19,099 bases of DNA. Origin: Candidatus Moanibacter sp. Lineage in GTDB: Bacteria > Verrucomicrobiota > Verrucomicrobiia > Opitutales > UBA2987. Numbering within the stretch: position 1 is the stretch's first letter; every line of letters begins with the position of its first letter. The notes beneath the pieces were generated by a model. The model had not been told where the DNA came from and ran no database searches. It saw only the letters and a program-made list of their open reading frames with translations. Where the stretch lies: NCBI GenBank assembly GCA_965215885.1, contig CBDCEW010000007.1:1-19099 (forward strand), read 5' to 3'. The translations under genes and the position numbers were made by a program. Shown piece after piece: positions 1 through 7,305 of this stretch.

Positions 1-2268
1 CAGTCGGGCAATCGTCGAAAGAGTGTGGTAGATGGCCGTCTGGGTTGACCGGCGCCGAAGCGATCCCGACGCATCGCAGTAGAGTCGATCCTTCGTCACG
101 TCGATGAAAACGTTACTCAGCTCGACGTTGCAGAAGTCACGCAGAGAAATGAAGACGTTCCGGTAATCGTAATTTTCGTAACCTTCCCGGCACGCATCAA
201 TGACGCGTTTCAGCCGATACAATATCCAGCGATCGACCAGTGTCAGGCTGTCCATTTCCATCCCATCGCGTTCAAGTTCGAAGTCGTTCAGATTGCCAAG
301 CAGGATGCGGAAGGTATTGCGAAACTTCCGGTAGGCATCGACTACCCGCTCGAGCATCAGATCGGAAAACCGAACATCTTCGGTGTAGCGCACGCTACTC
401 ACCCAGAGCCGCATGACGTCGGCTCCGTAGCGCTTTACATACCTCTCAACCAGGTCGCCCTGTCCGGATTTGGACATTTTCCCGCCCGATGCATTCAATA
501 CCCAGCCGTGGGTCACACAGTTCCTGAAGGGAGGGCCCGCCGAAAGGGCAGCCGCGGTCAATAGTGACGACTGATACCAGCCTCGATGCTGGTCCGTCGC
601 CTCGAGATAAAGATCGGCGGGGAATTCCAAGTCCTGATTTTGGTGCGGCACGGCGCGGTGGCTGAATCCGGAATCCATCCAAACATCCATTGTATCTTCG
701 CGGCGGCGCAATCCTTCGGGTATTCCCAGCATGCGGTTGAACTCCGGATCCGAGGTGTCAAACCAGATGTCCGATCCGTGCTTTTCCACCAGATCCGCCA
801 CCCTTCGGATCCAGTCGCTTCGCAGCGCTGGCCTGTCTGAACTGTCATAGAATACCGGTAAGGGCACTCCCCGTGCCCGCTGTCGTGAAATACACCAATC
901 GGGACGGCTGGAAATTGTGCCGCGGATCCGATTACGGGCCCACGCCGGATGCCAGTTTACGCTGTCTGCATACTGGAGCGCGACTTCACGAATGTCATCC
1001 AGGCGGACAAAGAACTGCTTGATGGCGCGGAAGACGAGCGGAGTCTTGGAACGCCAACAGTGAGGGTAGTCGTGCCTCCACTTTTCGATACCGAGCAGCC
1101 GATCTTTCCTTTCCAGGAGAGACACAACACTCGAGTTGGCGGCGAAGACATCTTCCCCGATCAATGCTTCGATTCCGCACTCTTTTGTAAACGCTCCTGC
1201 TTCATCGACAGGCGAAAGAACCGGCAGGTCGTGCACTACACCCAGACGATAGTCTTCCTCTCCGTGTCCGGGTGCAATGTGGATCACGCCCGACCCTGCA
1301 TCCATTGTCACGAAATCCGCTGGAAGGATCGGAACCATTCGATCCAGCAACGGGTGCCTAACCACCCTCCCGACCAGTTCGGAACCCTTGAACTCCTTCA
1401 CCGGGTTCCGCACGCCACCAACAACCCCATACCCGGTGGCGGCACAGAAGGTGCCAATACGGTCGGCCGCCAGGACGAGTCGATGTTCGGCTGGCTCCTC
1501 TTGTTTCCTGAGGCGCCAGATTCCGTATTCGGCTTCGGGATCAACCGCCACCGCCTGATTAGCCGGCAATGTCCACGGCGTGGTTGTCCAAATTACGATG
1601 TCGCAGGAGGCGTATCCGGCGCCGTTCTGCAGCTCAAACGGGACATAAATCGCGGGCGACTCGATTTCCTTGTATTCAATTTCAAACTCTGCCAGAGCCG
1701 TCTGGGCCCCGACGCTCCAGTGAACCGGTTTCCGAGCCTGGAATATGAGACCCCGGTCCACCATCGCGGCAAAGGCACGCAGCTGTTCCGCTTCGTAGGA
1801 GGGATCCATTGTGCTGTAGCTCGACTCCCAGTCGCCTGTAACTCCGAGCCGCCGAAACTGACTCTCCATGCGCTTCTTGTAGTCGTTCGCAAAAGCGCGG
1901 CATCGCTTCCTGACTTCAGAGGCTGGGATTTCGGTGGCATTCTTTATTACCTTGTATTCGACCGGCAGTCCGTGGCAGTCCCAACCCGGTACGAACGGGA
2001 CACGGTATCCGGCCATGGTGCGAGACCGGATCACAATGTCCTTCAGAATCTTGTTCATGGCTGTGCCGAGGTGCAACTCACCGCTTGTATACGGAGGGCC
2101 GTCATGCAGCAGGTAGACGGGCGCCCCTTTCCGTTCCGCCTGAATCGACTGGTAGAGGTCGCTCTGTTCCCAACTACTCAGAATCTCGCGTTCTCTGTGG
2201 GGCAGGTTGCCCCGCATGGGGAAAGGTGTTTTGGGCAAGTTCAGTGTGTTCTTATAGCGATGGCTCAT
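1..2268 (-). CDS. ileS: Isoleucine--tRNA ligase (IleRS type 1), 3'-partial
   Basis: Hand translation from ATG at 2268 (SD AGGAGGTG just upstream): MSHRYKNTLNLPKTPFPMRGNL, HDGPPYTSGELHLGTAMNKILKD, GWDCHGLP, editing motifs WTTTPWTLP and GSGVIHIAPGHGEED, YPHCWRSKTP, DWCISRQR, YLEATDQHRGWYQ and KMSKS (Met codon 475-477), all in one frame. Probably absent from the ORF track because its stop lies outside the window. Confidence 0.97.
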   Translation of the reverse strand, partial: MSHRYKNTLNLPKTPFPMRGNLPHREREILSSWEQSDLYQSIQAERKGAPVYLLHDGPPYTSGELHLGTAMNKILKDIVIRSRTMAGYRVPFVPGWDCHGLPVEYKVIKNATEIPASEVRKRCRAFANDYKKRMESQFRRLGVTGDWESSYSTMDPSYEAEQLRAFAAMVDRGLIFQARKPVHWSVGAQTALAEFEIEYKEIESPAIYVPFELQNGAGYASCDIVIWTTTPWTLPANQAVAVDPEAEYGIWRLRKQEEPAEHRLVLAADRIGTFCAATGYGVVGGVRNPVKEFKGSELVGRVVRHPLLDRMVPILPADFVTMDAGSGVIHIAPGHGEEDYRLGVVHDLPVLSPVDEAGAFTKECGIEALIGEDVFAANSSVVSLLERKDRLLGIEKWRHDYPHCWRSKTPLVFRAIKQFFVRLDDIREVALQYADSVNWHPAWARNRIRGTISSRPDWCISRQRARGVPLPVFYDSSDRPALRSDWIRRVADLVEKHGSDIWFDTSDPEFNRMLGIPEGLRRREDTMDVWMDSGFSHRAVPHQNQDLEFPADLYLEATDQHRGWYQSSLLTAAALSAGPPFRNCVTHGWVLNASGGKMSKSGQGDLVERYVKRYGADVMRLWVSSVRYTEDVRFSDLMLERVVDAYRKFRNTFRILLGNLNDFELERDGMEMDSLTLVDRWILYRLKRVIDACREGYENYDYRNVFISLRDFCNVELSNVFIDVTKDRLYCDASGSLRRRSTQTAIYHTLSTIARL

Positions 2269-2293
2269 TTCACCTCCTGGTGTTGTGTTCGGT

Positions 2294-2332
2294 AAAAAAG
2301 AAGGCCTGCTCGTTCTCTGAGCAGGCCTTCTT
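2294..2332 (-). terminator. Intrinsic terminator (attenuator) in the ileS leader
   Basis: Perfect 14-bp inverted repeat AAGAAGGCCTGCTC (2298-2311) / GAGCAGGCCTTCTT (2319-2332) with a 7-nt loop. It ends in a U6 tract on the minus strand (A run 2294-2299), 25 nt before the ileS ATG. Confidence 0.9.
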
Positions 2333-2360
2333 GGTGATTTGAAAAACTATTGACGCGCTT

Positions 2361-2498
2361 TTACGGGGCTCTGCTCAACCTCTGTTGAAAAGAAATAGAA
2401 ATAATAATGCCGCCGTGCTGCAGAGGTATTGATCCCTCAAAAGTAAGCGCAAATTGAGTCCGCGCGTCTGAAGTCGAATCTGTGCAAAGGCAGTTCAT
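2361..2498 (-). CDS. Putative Ile-sensing leader peptide of ileS (45 aa)
   Basis: MNCLCTDSTSDARTQFALTFEGSIPLQHGGIIISISFQQRLSRAP*. ATT-ATT-ATT-TCT-ATT at 2408-2394. The stop lies 28 nt upstream of the terminator. No clear SD, so the start is uncertain. Confidence 0.75.
   Translation of the reverse strand: MNCLCTDSTSDARTQFALTFEGSIPLQHGGIIISISFQQRLSRAP
2367..2377 (-). promoter_or_regulatory. Antiterminator strand of the ileS attenuator
   Basis: Minus-strand UGAGCAGAGCC can pair (10 bp, one bulged A) with GGCCUGCUCA (2327-2318), the 5' arm of the terminator. Confidence 0.7.
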
Positions 2499-2510
2499 GG
2501 ATTGGAGGTA

Positions 2511-2537
2511 ATTCTCACACTTACGCGGCTATGTCAA
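2511..2537 (-). promoter_or_regulatory. Possible sigma70 promoter for the leader-ileS transcript
   Basis: Perfect TTGACA (2537-2532) and TGtGAGAAT (-10-like, 2516-2511). The spacer is only 15 nt, so support is weak. Confidence 0.3.
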
Positions 2538-2661
2538 ACGCGTAGATTATGAATGACCGCATCTGACAGGGTAAAAGGATTCCAGGAAGCAACTAGCTGA
2601 TAAGCAAGAAGATAAAAAAAGAGCTAAACAAACCCGAGGGAATCAGTCATGTTAAGATGGG

Positions 2662-4044
2662 ATGAAAGACAAAAAATCTTACCAACTGAATCCTTCGATA
2701 GATCGTTTAACTCTGCGTCTGGTCCTGCCCGAAGAGCAGGAGCGATTCAATGATCTATTGAAACAACATCATTATTTACACAGTGCGGGCAGCGCAGGAG
2801 AGACCCTGCGCTATGTGGCGCAGATCGACGGGCAATGGATGGGCCTGCTCTTGTGGGGGGCCGCATCCTACCGGCTGAAGGATCGAGACGAATGGATCGG
2901 GAGGGACGGGGCGCAACGGCATGCACGATTGAAACTGGTAGTACAGAACCGGCGTTTTCTGATTTTGCCCGGGGTGGATCTTGCAAATTTGGCCTCCAAG
3001 ACGTTGGGTATGTGCCTGAGAGTCTTAGCCGATCACTGGCAGGAGGCTTTTGGCTATCGTCCCTTAGTAGCGGAAACGTTCGTGGACCCACAGATTCACC
3101 GGGGCACTTGCTACGAAGCGAGCGGGTGGACGCCCTTGGGCTTGAGCGCGGGATATGGCCGCCAACGCGAAGATTTCTATCAACGCCATGAGCGTCCCAA
3201 GCAGATCTGGGTCAAACCCCTCAAGGCTAATGCCCTTGAGCTTTTGCGCGCTTCAGGGCCATTGCCCGCGGCACAGAGCCAGGCGCTCAATGAAACCGAT
3301 AACTCCCATGCGGTCTGCCTCAAAGTGGAACAGATGAGCAGCCTGTGGGAACGCTTCAATCAGATAGAAGACTTCCGTCGTAAAGCGGGCCTTAGATATC
3401 GGCTCGCCACGGTCCTGAGCATGATTGTGCTCGGCACGATGTGCGGCAAACAGACCCTCAAGGGCATCGTGCGCCTGGCCCATCATCTCAATCAAGCCCA
3501 ATTGCGCGCCTTACGCTCCTGGAAAAACCCCAAAACAGGCCGCTATAAGGCCCCTTGCTATGATGTCTTCTATCGGGTCTTGCAAAACGTAAAGGCCGAG
3601 CTCTTCGATAAAACCCTCACCGAATTCATCTGCTTACAAGACGGCTGTTTGCCCCGCGATATTGCCGTCGACGGCAAGACCCTCAAAGGCACAAACACCG
3701 AAGAATCAAAGGCTCTGCACCTGGTGGCCGCAGTCGATCACCAAAGCGCTCAAACCTTAGCCCAAGTCGCTACCGCCGATAAATCCAACGCGATCACCGC
3801 CGCCCAGACTCTCTTGCGAAAGATGCCCATTTTGGACGGCTCCACCTTCACCTTCGACGCCATGCATAATCAAAAAGAAACTGCCCACATCGTCGTCGAA
3901 GAACTCAGTGCTGACTATGTTATTCAAATTAAAGACAATCAGCCCAACATGCATCAATACGCTCAGAATCTCTTCAGCTCCACCCCCTTTTTCTCCACCA
4001 AACCGTGGACAATGACCATGGGCGACTCGAAATACGTCAAATAG
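2662..4044 (+). CDS. ISAs1 transposase ORF A: N-terminal DUF4338 (DruA-like) domain plus DDE N-terminal part
   Basis: DUF4338-like motifs HHYL, RFLILP, ETFVDP..H.GTCY.ASGW. ISAs1 motifs IAVDGKTLKG and TFDAMH, and a QIKDNQP segment. Confidence 0.85.
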   Translation: MKDKKSYQLNPSIDRLTLRLVLPEEQERFNDLLKQHHYLHSAGSAGETLRYVAQIDGQWMGLLLWGAASYRLKDRDEWIGRDGAQRHARLKLVVQNRRFLILPGVDLANLASKTLGMCLRVLADHWQEAFGYRPLVAETFVDPQIHRGTCYEASGWTPLGLSAGYGRQREDFYQRHERPKQIWVKPLKANALELLRASGPLPAAQSQALNETDNSHAVCLKVEQMSSLWERFNQIEDFRRKAGLRYRLATVLSMIVLGTMCGKQTLKGIVRLAHHLNQAQLRALRSWKNPKTGRYKAPCYDVFYRVLQNVKAELFDKTLTEFICLQDGCLPRDIAVDGKTLKGTNTEESKALHLVAAVDHQSAQTLAQVATADKSNAITAAQTLLRKMPILDGSTFTFDAMHNQKETAHIVVEELSADYVIQIKDNQPNMHQYAQNLFSSTPFFSTKPWTMTMGDSKYVK

Positions 4045-4436
4045 CAACCCATTCTCTAAGCGCTCCCTCTGCCGGCCTGCCCCATGCCCGCCAGTTCGCC
4101 TGTGTGCAACGCACCTTCCATTATCCAAACAAAGCTGAACCTTCCTCTGAACGCTCTTACTACGTAAGCAGTCTCGATCCCGCCGATTTGAGCCCTCAAC
4201 AGTTCCTCTCGAAAATTCGCAACCATTGGTCGATCGAAAATAAAAATCATTACCCCAGGGATCGCTTCTTCGATGAAGATCGATGTATGATCCGTAATCA
4301 TAACGCAGCCAGAATTCTTGCTGCATGCAGGCAACTGGTTCTCAGCCTCAAGTCTTCCATGGGCGCTGAATCCACTCCCGCACTCTGTGATGATTTCGTC
4401 TTTAACTTACATAAGGCCATCAATATCATCACCTAA
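3990..4436 (+). CDS. ISAs1 transposase ORF B (C-terminal part, -1 frame)
   Basis: FLHQTVDNDHGRLEIR, YYVSSL and IRNHWSIENKNHYPRDRFFDED are ISAs1 C-terminal motifs including the catalytic Glu. It overlaps ORF A at CCCCCTTTTT (3983-3992). Confidence 0.8.
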   Translation, partial: FLHQTVDNDHGRLEIRQIATHSLSAPSAGLPHARQFACVQRTFHYPNKAEPSSERSYYVSSLDPADLSPQQFLSKIRNHWSIENKNHYPRDRFFDEDRCMIRNHNAARILAACRQLVLSLKSSMGAESTPALCDDFVFNLHKAINIIT

Positions 4437-4625
4437 TGCTCCGAGAATCAAAATACCGTGCCGCATCCGTCGTCGCTACTCTGTGCCGAGACAGGATAGA
4501 ACGGTCTGCCAAACGGCAGACTCTTCGCGATGCCGTGCGGCAGGGCGGCTACCCAGCTGGGTAGCGGGATTGAAGTTTGTGTCGTTTTTCGTGACTTCCC
4601 GATACGGAGCTTCTAATGTTGAAGG

Positions 4626-5018
4626 ATGAGATTCTGCGCGTTGGTGCTTGCTCTCGTTCTGCTCGCTCTTGGATGTAGTCGCACTGTGAAGCGAGCTGTC
4701 AGCGAAAAGATTCCCGGGCCCACCACAGACGTCTCTTTCGAATTCATCGATTTTGAGATGACGAGCGAGATTGGAAGGGTGGCCCGTTTTCGTGTCACCA
4801 GTCACACGGAGCGAACAATTCTGGGGATGGATATTATTGTACAAACGTTTGACGAGGACGAAAAACTGCTCGATGAGAGTTTCACCGGAGTGACTTCGCT
4901 GCGGAGATGGCTCGAACCGGGAAAGCAGAGGGAGGATACATTTGGAAGTAATCTCTCCGCCGAAGCGATCCGTGCGGTGGTGAAAGTAGAGGCGATAGAT
5001 TACGTGATTGAGGATTGA
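4626..5018 (+). CDS. Putative lipoprotein, possibly FxLYD/Ig-like domain
   Basis: Signal peptide MRFCALVLALVLLALGC with a lipobox-like LALGC. The beta-rich body with VQTFDEDEKLLD and LEPG resembles FxLYD-domain proteins (recognised by eye). Confidence 0.65.
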   Translation: MRFCALVLALVLLALGCSRTVKRAVSEKIPGPTTDVSFEFIDFEMTSEIGRVARFRVTSHTERTILGMDIIVQTFDEDEKLLDESFTGVTSLRRWLEPGKQREDTFGSNLSAEAIRAVVKVEAIDYVIED

Positions 5019-5036
5019 ACCGCAAGTGTCTATCGA

Positions 5037-5261
5037 TCAGTTATCGGAGGGGGATCCGTTTCCTTTGTAGTCCAAAGACCCAATCATAAGCGGTTCGACT
5101 ACCGACCAGGAGTTGTCTTCAGCAACAACAACTATTCGTCTCGGACCTACGGCAACGAATTCCGGATGAGGAACTGGAAGTTCGCGATTATCTGCGAGGC
5201 GGATTGAAAACGGTTCAAACGGTTGTCTTCGTAACTCTTCTCGTATCCCGTTGATATTCAT
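5037..5261 (-). CDS. Small conserved hypothetical protein (PFxPF...HPE type)
   Basis: 74 aa with the pattern LRRQPFEPFSIRLADNRELPVPHPE, which I recall from uncharacterised small PVC proteins. A TATAAT lies upstream at 5304-5299. Confidence 0.7.
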   Translation of the reverse strand: MNINGIREELRRQPFEPFSIRLADNRELPVPHPEFVAVGPRRIVVVAEDNSWSVVEPLMIGSLDYKGNGSPSDN

Positions 5262-5477
5262 AATCAGCTCTCACCTGAACGAACTCTGGCAAACTGAAAT
5301 TATACAATAATTCAGTGGAGTAGAATGGCAACAGGCAAATCGGGCAATAGCGGTTTGCTCACGTTGTGCATCCCGCTATCTCGGCCCACGGAAAACTACA
5401 CGGTTAGAGCCCTTACCGAATTGTTTCCGATTACCTTTCCTTTTAACATGCTACCCGCGTCTCCAAAGCATATTATA

Positions 5478-5499
5478 TATTTAACAAAAATGTTAAATA
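5478..5499. promoter_or_regulatory. AT-rich palindrome, candidate operator
   Basis: TATTTAACA-aaaa-TGTTAAATA, perfect 9-bp arms in an AT-rich intergenic patch. Confidence 0.35.
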
Positions 5500-5534
5500 A
5501 GAATAAATTCTCATTAATGCGCTACTTGCGGAGC

Positions 5535-7022
5535 TCAGATTCGACCGAGGAATTTTCTGCCGAGTAGGTATGCGGTGAAGGCGACGAGGAAACCAACGAA
5601 CCAGGCGAAATTGTAGATGCTCACAAAAAAGACTGGGACTGCCTCCTCGCTGAGCAAATTGATCTTTATAAGGAATCCGGGTAAGCTCGGCAGGATGGCC
5701 AGGACCATGGAGAGAATGGCGACGATACTGAAACCCCGAGAATAATTGTAGACTCCGTCTTCCTTATACAGTTCTACCGTCTCGAGATGTTGCCGCCTGT
5801 AAATGAAGTAATCGGCAATCATAATGCCTCCGATGGGTCCGAGGAGTGCGCCGTAGCCAATCAGCCATACGAAGATATAGCCGCTGGGATCTTCATACAG
5901 TTTCCACGGGAATATGCAGATACCGATGATACCCGTGATCACACCACCTCTCCTGAAACTGATACGTCGCGGCGAGAGATTTGAGAGATCGTTAGCTGGG
6001 GATACTACGTTAGCCGCAATGTTGGTCGACATTGTCGCCACGGAGAGTGAAAGGAGTGCGAACACGATGAGAGCGGTATTATCAAATTTCGCGATGAGAT
6101 CGACCGGATTCCAGATGGGGCTTCCGTAGACGACGATCGTTGCGCTGGTAACGATGACTCCGATTCCCGAATAAAAGGCCATGGTTAAAGGGAGTCCGAT
6201 GGCTTGCCCGATTAACTGATCCCGTTGTGATCGCGCGTAGCGAGAAAAGTCGGGAATATTCAGAGAGAGGGTGGCCCAAAACCCGACCATGGCGGTCAAT
6301 CCGGCCGCGAAGACTCCGAAAAATTCCGCCCTGCTTTCAAATCGATCCTGTTGATCCAAAATCGGGCCGAATCCGTCGGCGGCTGCATAAGCCCACCAGA
6401 GCAGTCCGAGACCTATTAGAATGAGGAACGGCGCGCTCAAATTCTCCATCCATTTGATGCAGTCCATCCCCTTCAGTATGATCCCGATATTGATGGCCCA
6501 GAACAGCAGGAAACAGATTAACTCCCCGAGAGAAATTCCGAGAATCGGAAGGTCCGTTTTGGTGGATGGGTCGATATCGAGAAGAAGCGCAGCGACTATA
6601 TAAATTGCCGAACCGCCAATCCAAGTCTGGATTCCGAACCATCCGCAGGCCACAAGCCCGCGCATGAGGGCCGGTATGTTGGATCCAAGCGTTCCGAAAG
6701 AGGATCGCAAGAGAACGGGAAAAGGGATGCCAAAGGCAGTTCCGGGGCAGGCGTTGAGGCTCATCGGTATGAGGATGATGAGGTTTCCCAGAAAGATCGT
6801 TGCTACCGCCTGCTTCCAATTCATTCCCTGTGTGATCAGGCCGCTGGCGAGACTGTAGGTGGGTATGCTTACACACATGGCTACCCAAAGCGCGGCGATG
6901 TTCCATTTCGTCCAGGTGCGCAGTTCCCTCGGGATTGGCGCCAGATCCTCATTGTAGAGGCTGCTCTCCCTGACTTCTATCAGCTCCTCCGGGGAGAGTG
7001 CGTTATGGTTCAAGTGTTTCAA
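5535..7022 (-). CDS. NCS1 family nucleobase:cation symporter (uracil/allantoin-type permease)
   Basis: LYNEDLAP, RTWTKWNIAALW, GIPFPVLLRSSFG, ACGWFGIQTWIGG, WATLSLNIPDFSRY, NIAANVVSPAND and about 12 hydrophobic segments. TTG start. Confidence 0.93.
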   Translation of the reverse strand: MKHLNHNALSPEELIEVRESSLYNEDLAPIPRELRTWTKWNIAALWVAMCVSIPTYSLASGLITQGMNWKQAVATIFLGNLIILIPMSLNACPGTAFGIPFPVLLRSSFGTLGSNIPALMRGLVACGWFGIQTWIGGSAIYIVAALLLDIDPSTKTDLPILGISLGELICFLLFWAINIGIILKGMDCIKWMENLSAPFLILIGLGLLWWAYAAADGFGPILDQQDRFESRAEFFGVFAAGLTAMVGFWATLSLNIPDFSRYARSQRDQLIGQAIGLPLTMAFYSGIGVIVTSATIVVYGSPIWNPVDLIAKFDNTALIVFALLSLSVATMSTNIAANVVSPANDLSNLSPRRISFRRGGVITGIIGICIFPWKLYEDPSGYIFVWLIGYGALLGPIGGIMIADYFIYRRQHLETVELYKEDGVYNYSRGFSIVAILSMVLAILPSLPGFLIKINLLSEEAVPVFFVSIYNFAWFVGFLVAFTAYLLGRKFLGRI

Positions 7023-7305
7023 ACTTAGCGGTTCGTTGCGTGGGAGTTCTGTATTTGATCCTTGTGTTAGTCAACGGAGCTAGTCGAACAATAGTCGATC
7101 CTTTTTCAATTGGAATTCAGACGACATTCGTCATCGTATTAACGTATTTATGTACATTGAATTTGGAGATTCCCCTTCCCGGCATGACGGACAGGGTTGC
7201 TGATCCATTGTAATCACAGTTTCCGGACTGCGCCTTCCGTTTACTCTTCGCTGTGCCGTGACATGTGCTCTTCATCACTACTCGATTCCTTGAAACATTG
7301 AATCA

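Larger units (their letters stand above)
2567..4460 (+). mobile_element. ISAs1-family insertion sequence (1894 bp)
   Basis: Imperfect TIRs CAGGGTAAAAGGATTC (2567-2582) and CACGGTATTTTGATTC (reverse complement of 4445-4460), 11/16 match. Flanks CCGCATCTGA (2557-2566) and CCGCATCCGT (4461-4470) match 8/10, consistent with the ~10-bp ISAs1 target duplication. Confidence 0.85.

Noticed and set aside
949..2295. 448-aa plus-strand ORF
   Set aside because: It is the codon-aligned antisense shadow of ileS, with no recognisable protein motifs.
2269..2560. T-box riboswitch upstream of ileS
   Set aside because: No GGTGGNACC T-box sequence precedes the terminator and no stem I motifs are visible. The leader-peptide model fits better.
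2662..4044. Druantia anti-phage system
   Set aside because: Only a DruA-like domain fused to a transposase is present; there is no DruE helicase or other Dru gene.
5468..5500. dif (XerCD) site suggested by TGTTAAAT
   Set aside because: It lacks the 11-6-11 geometry and a XerC-type arm; the arms are only 4 nt apart.
7023..7305. Purine or other riboswitch ahead of the NCS1 permease
   Set aside because: I found no purine-riboswitch core motifs or terminator on the minus strand by eye.
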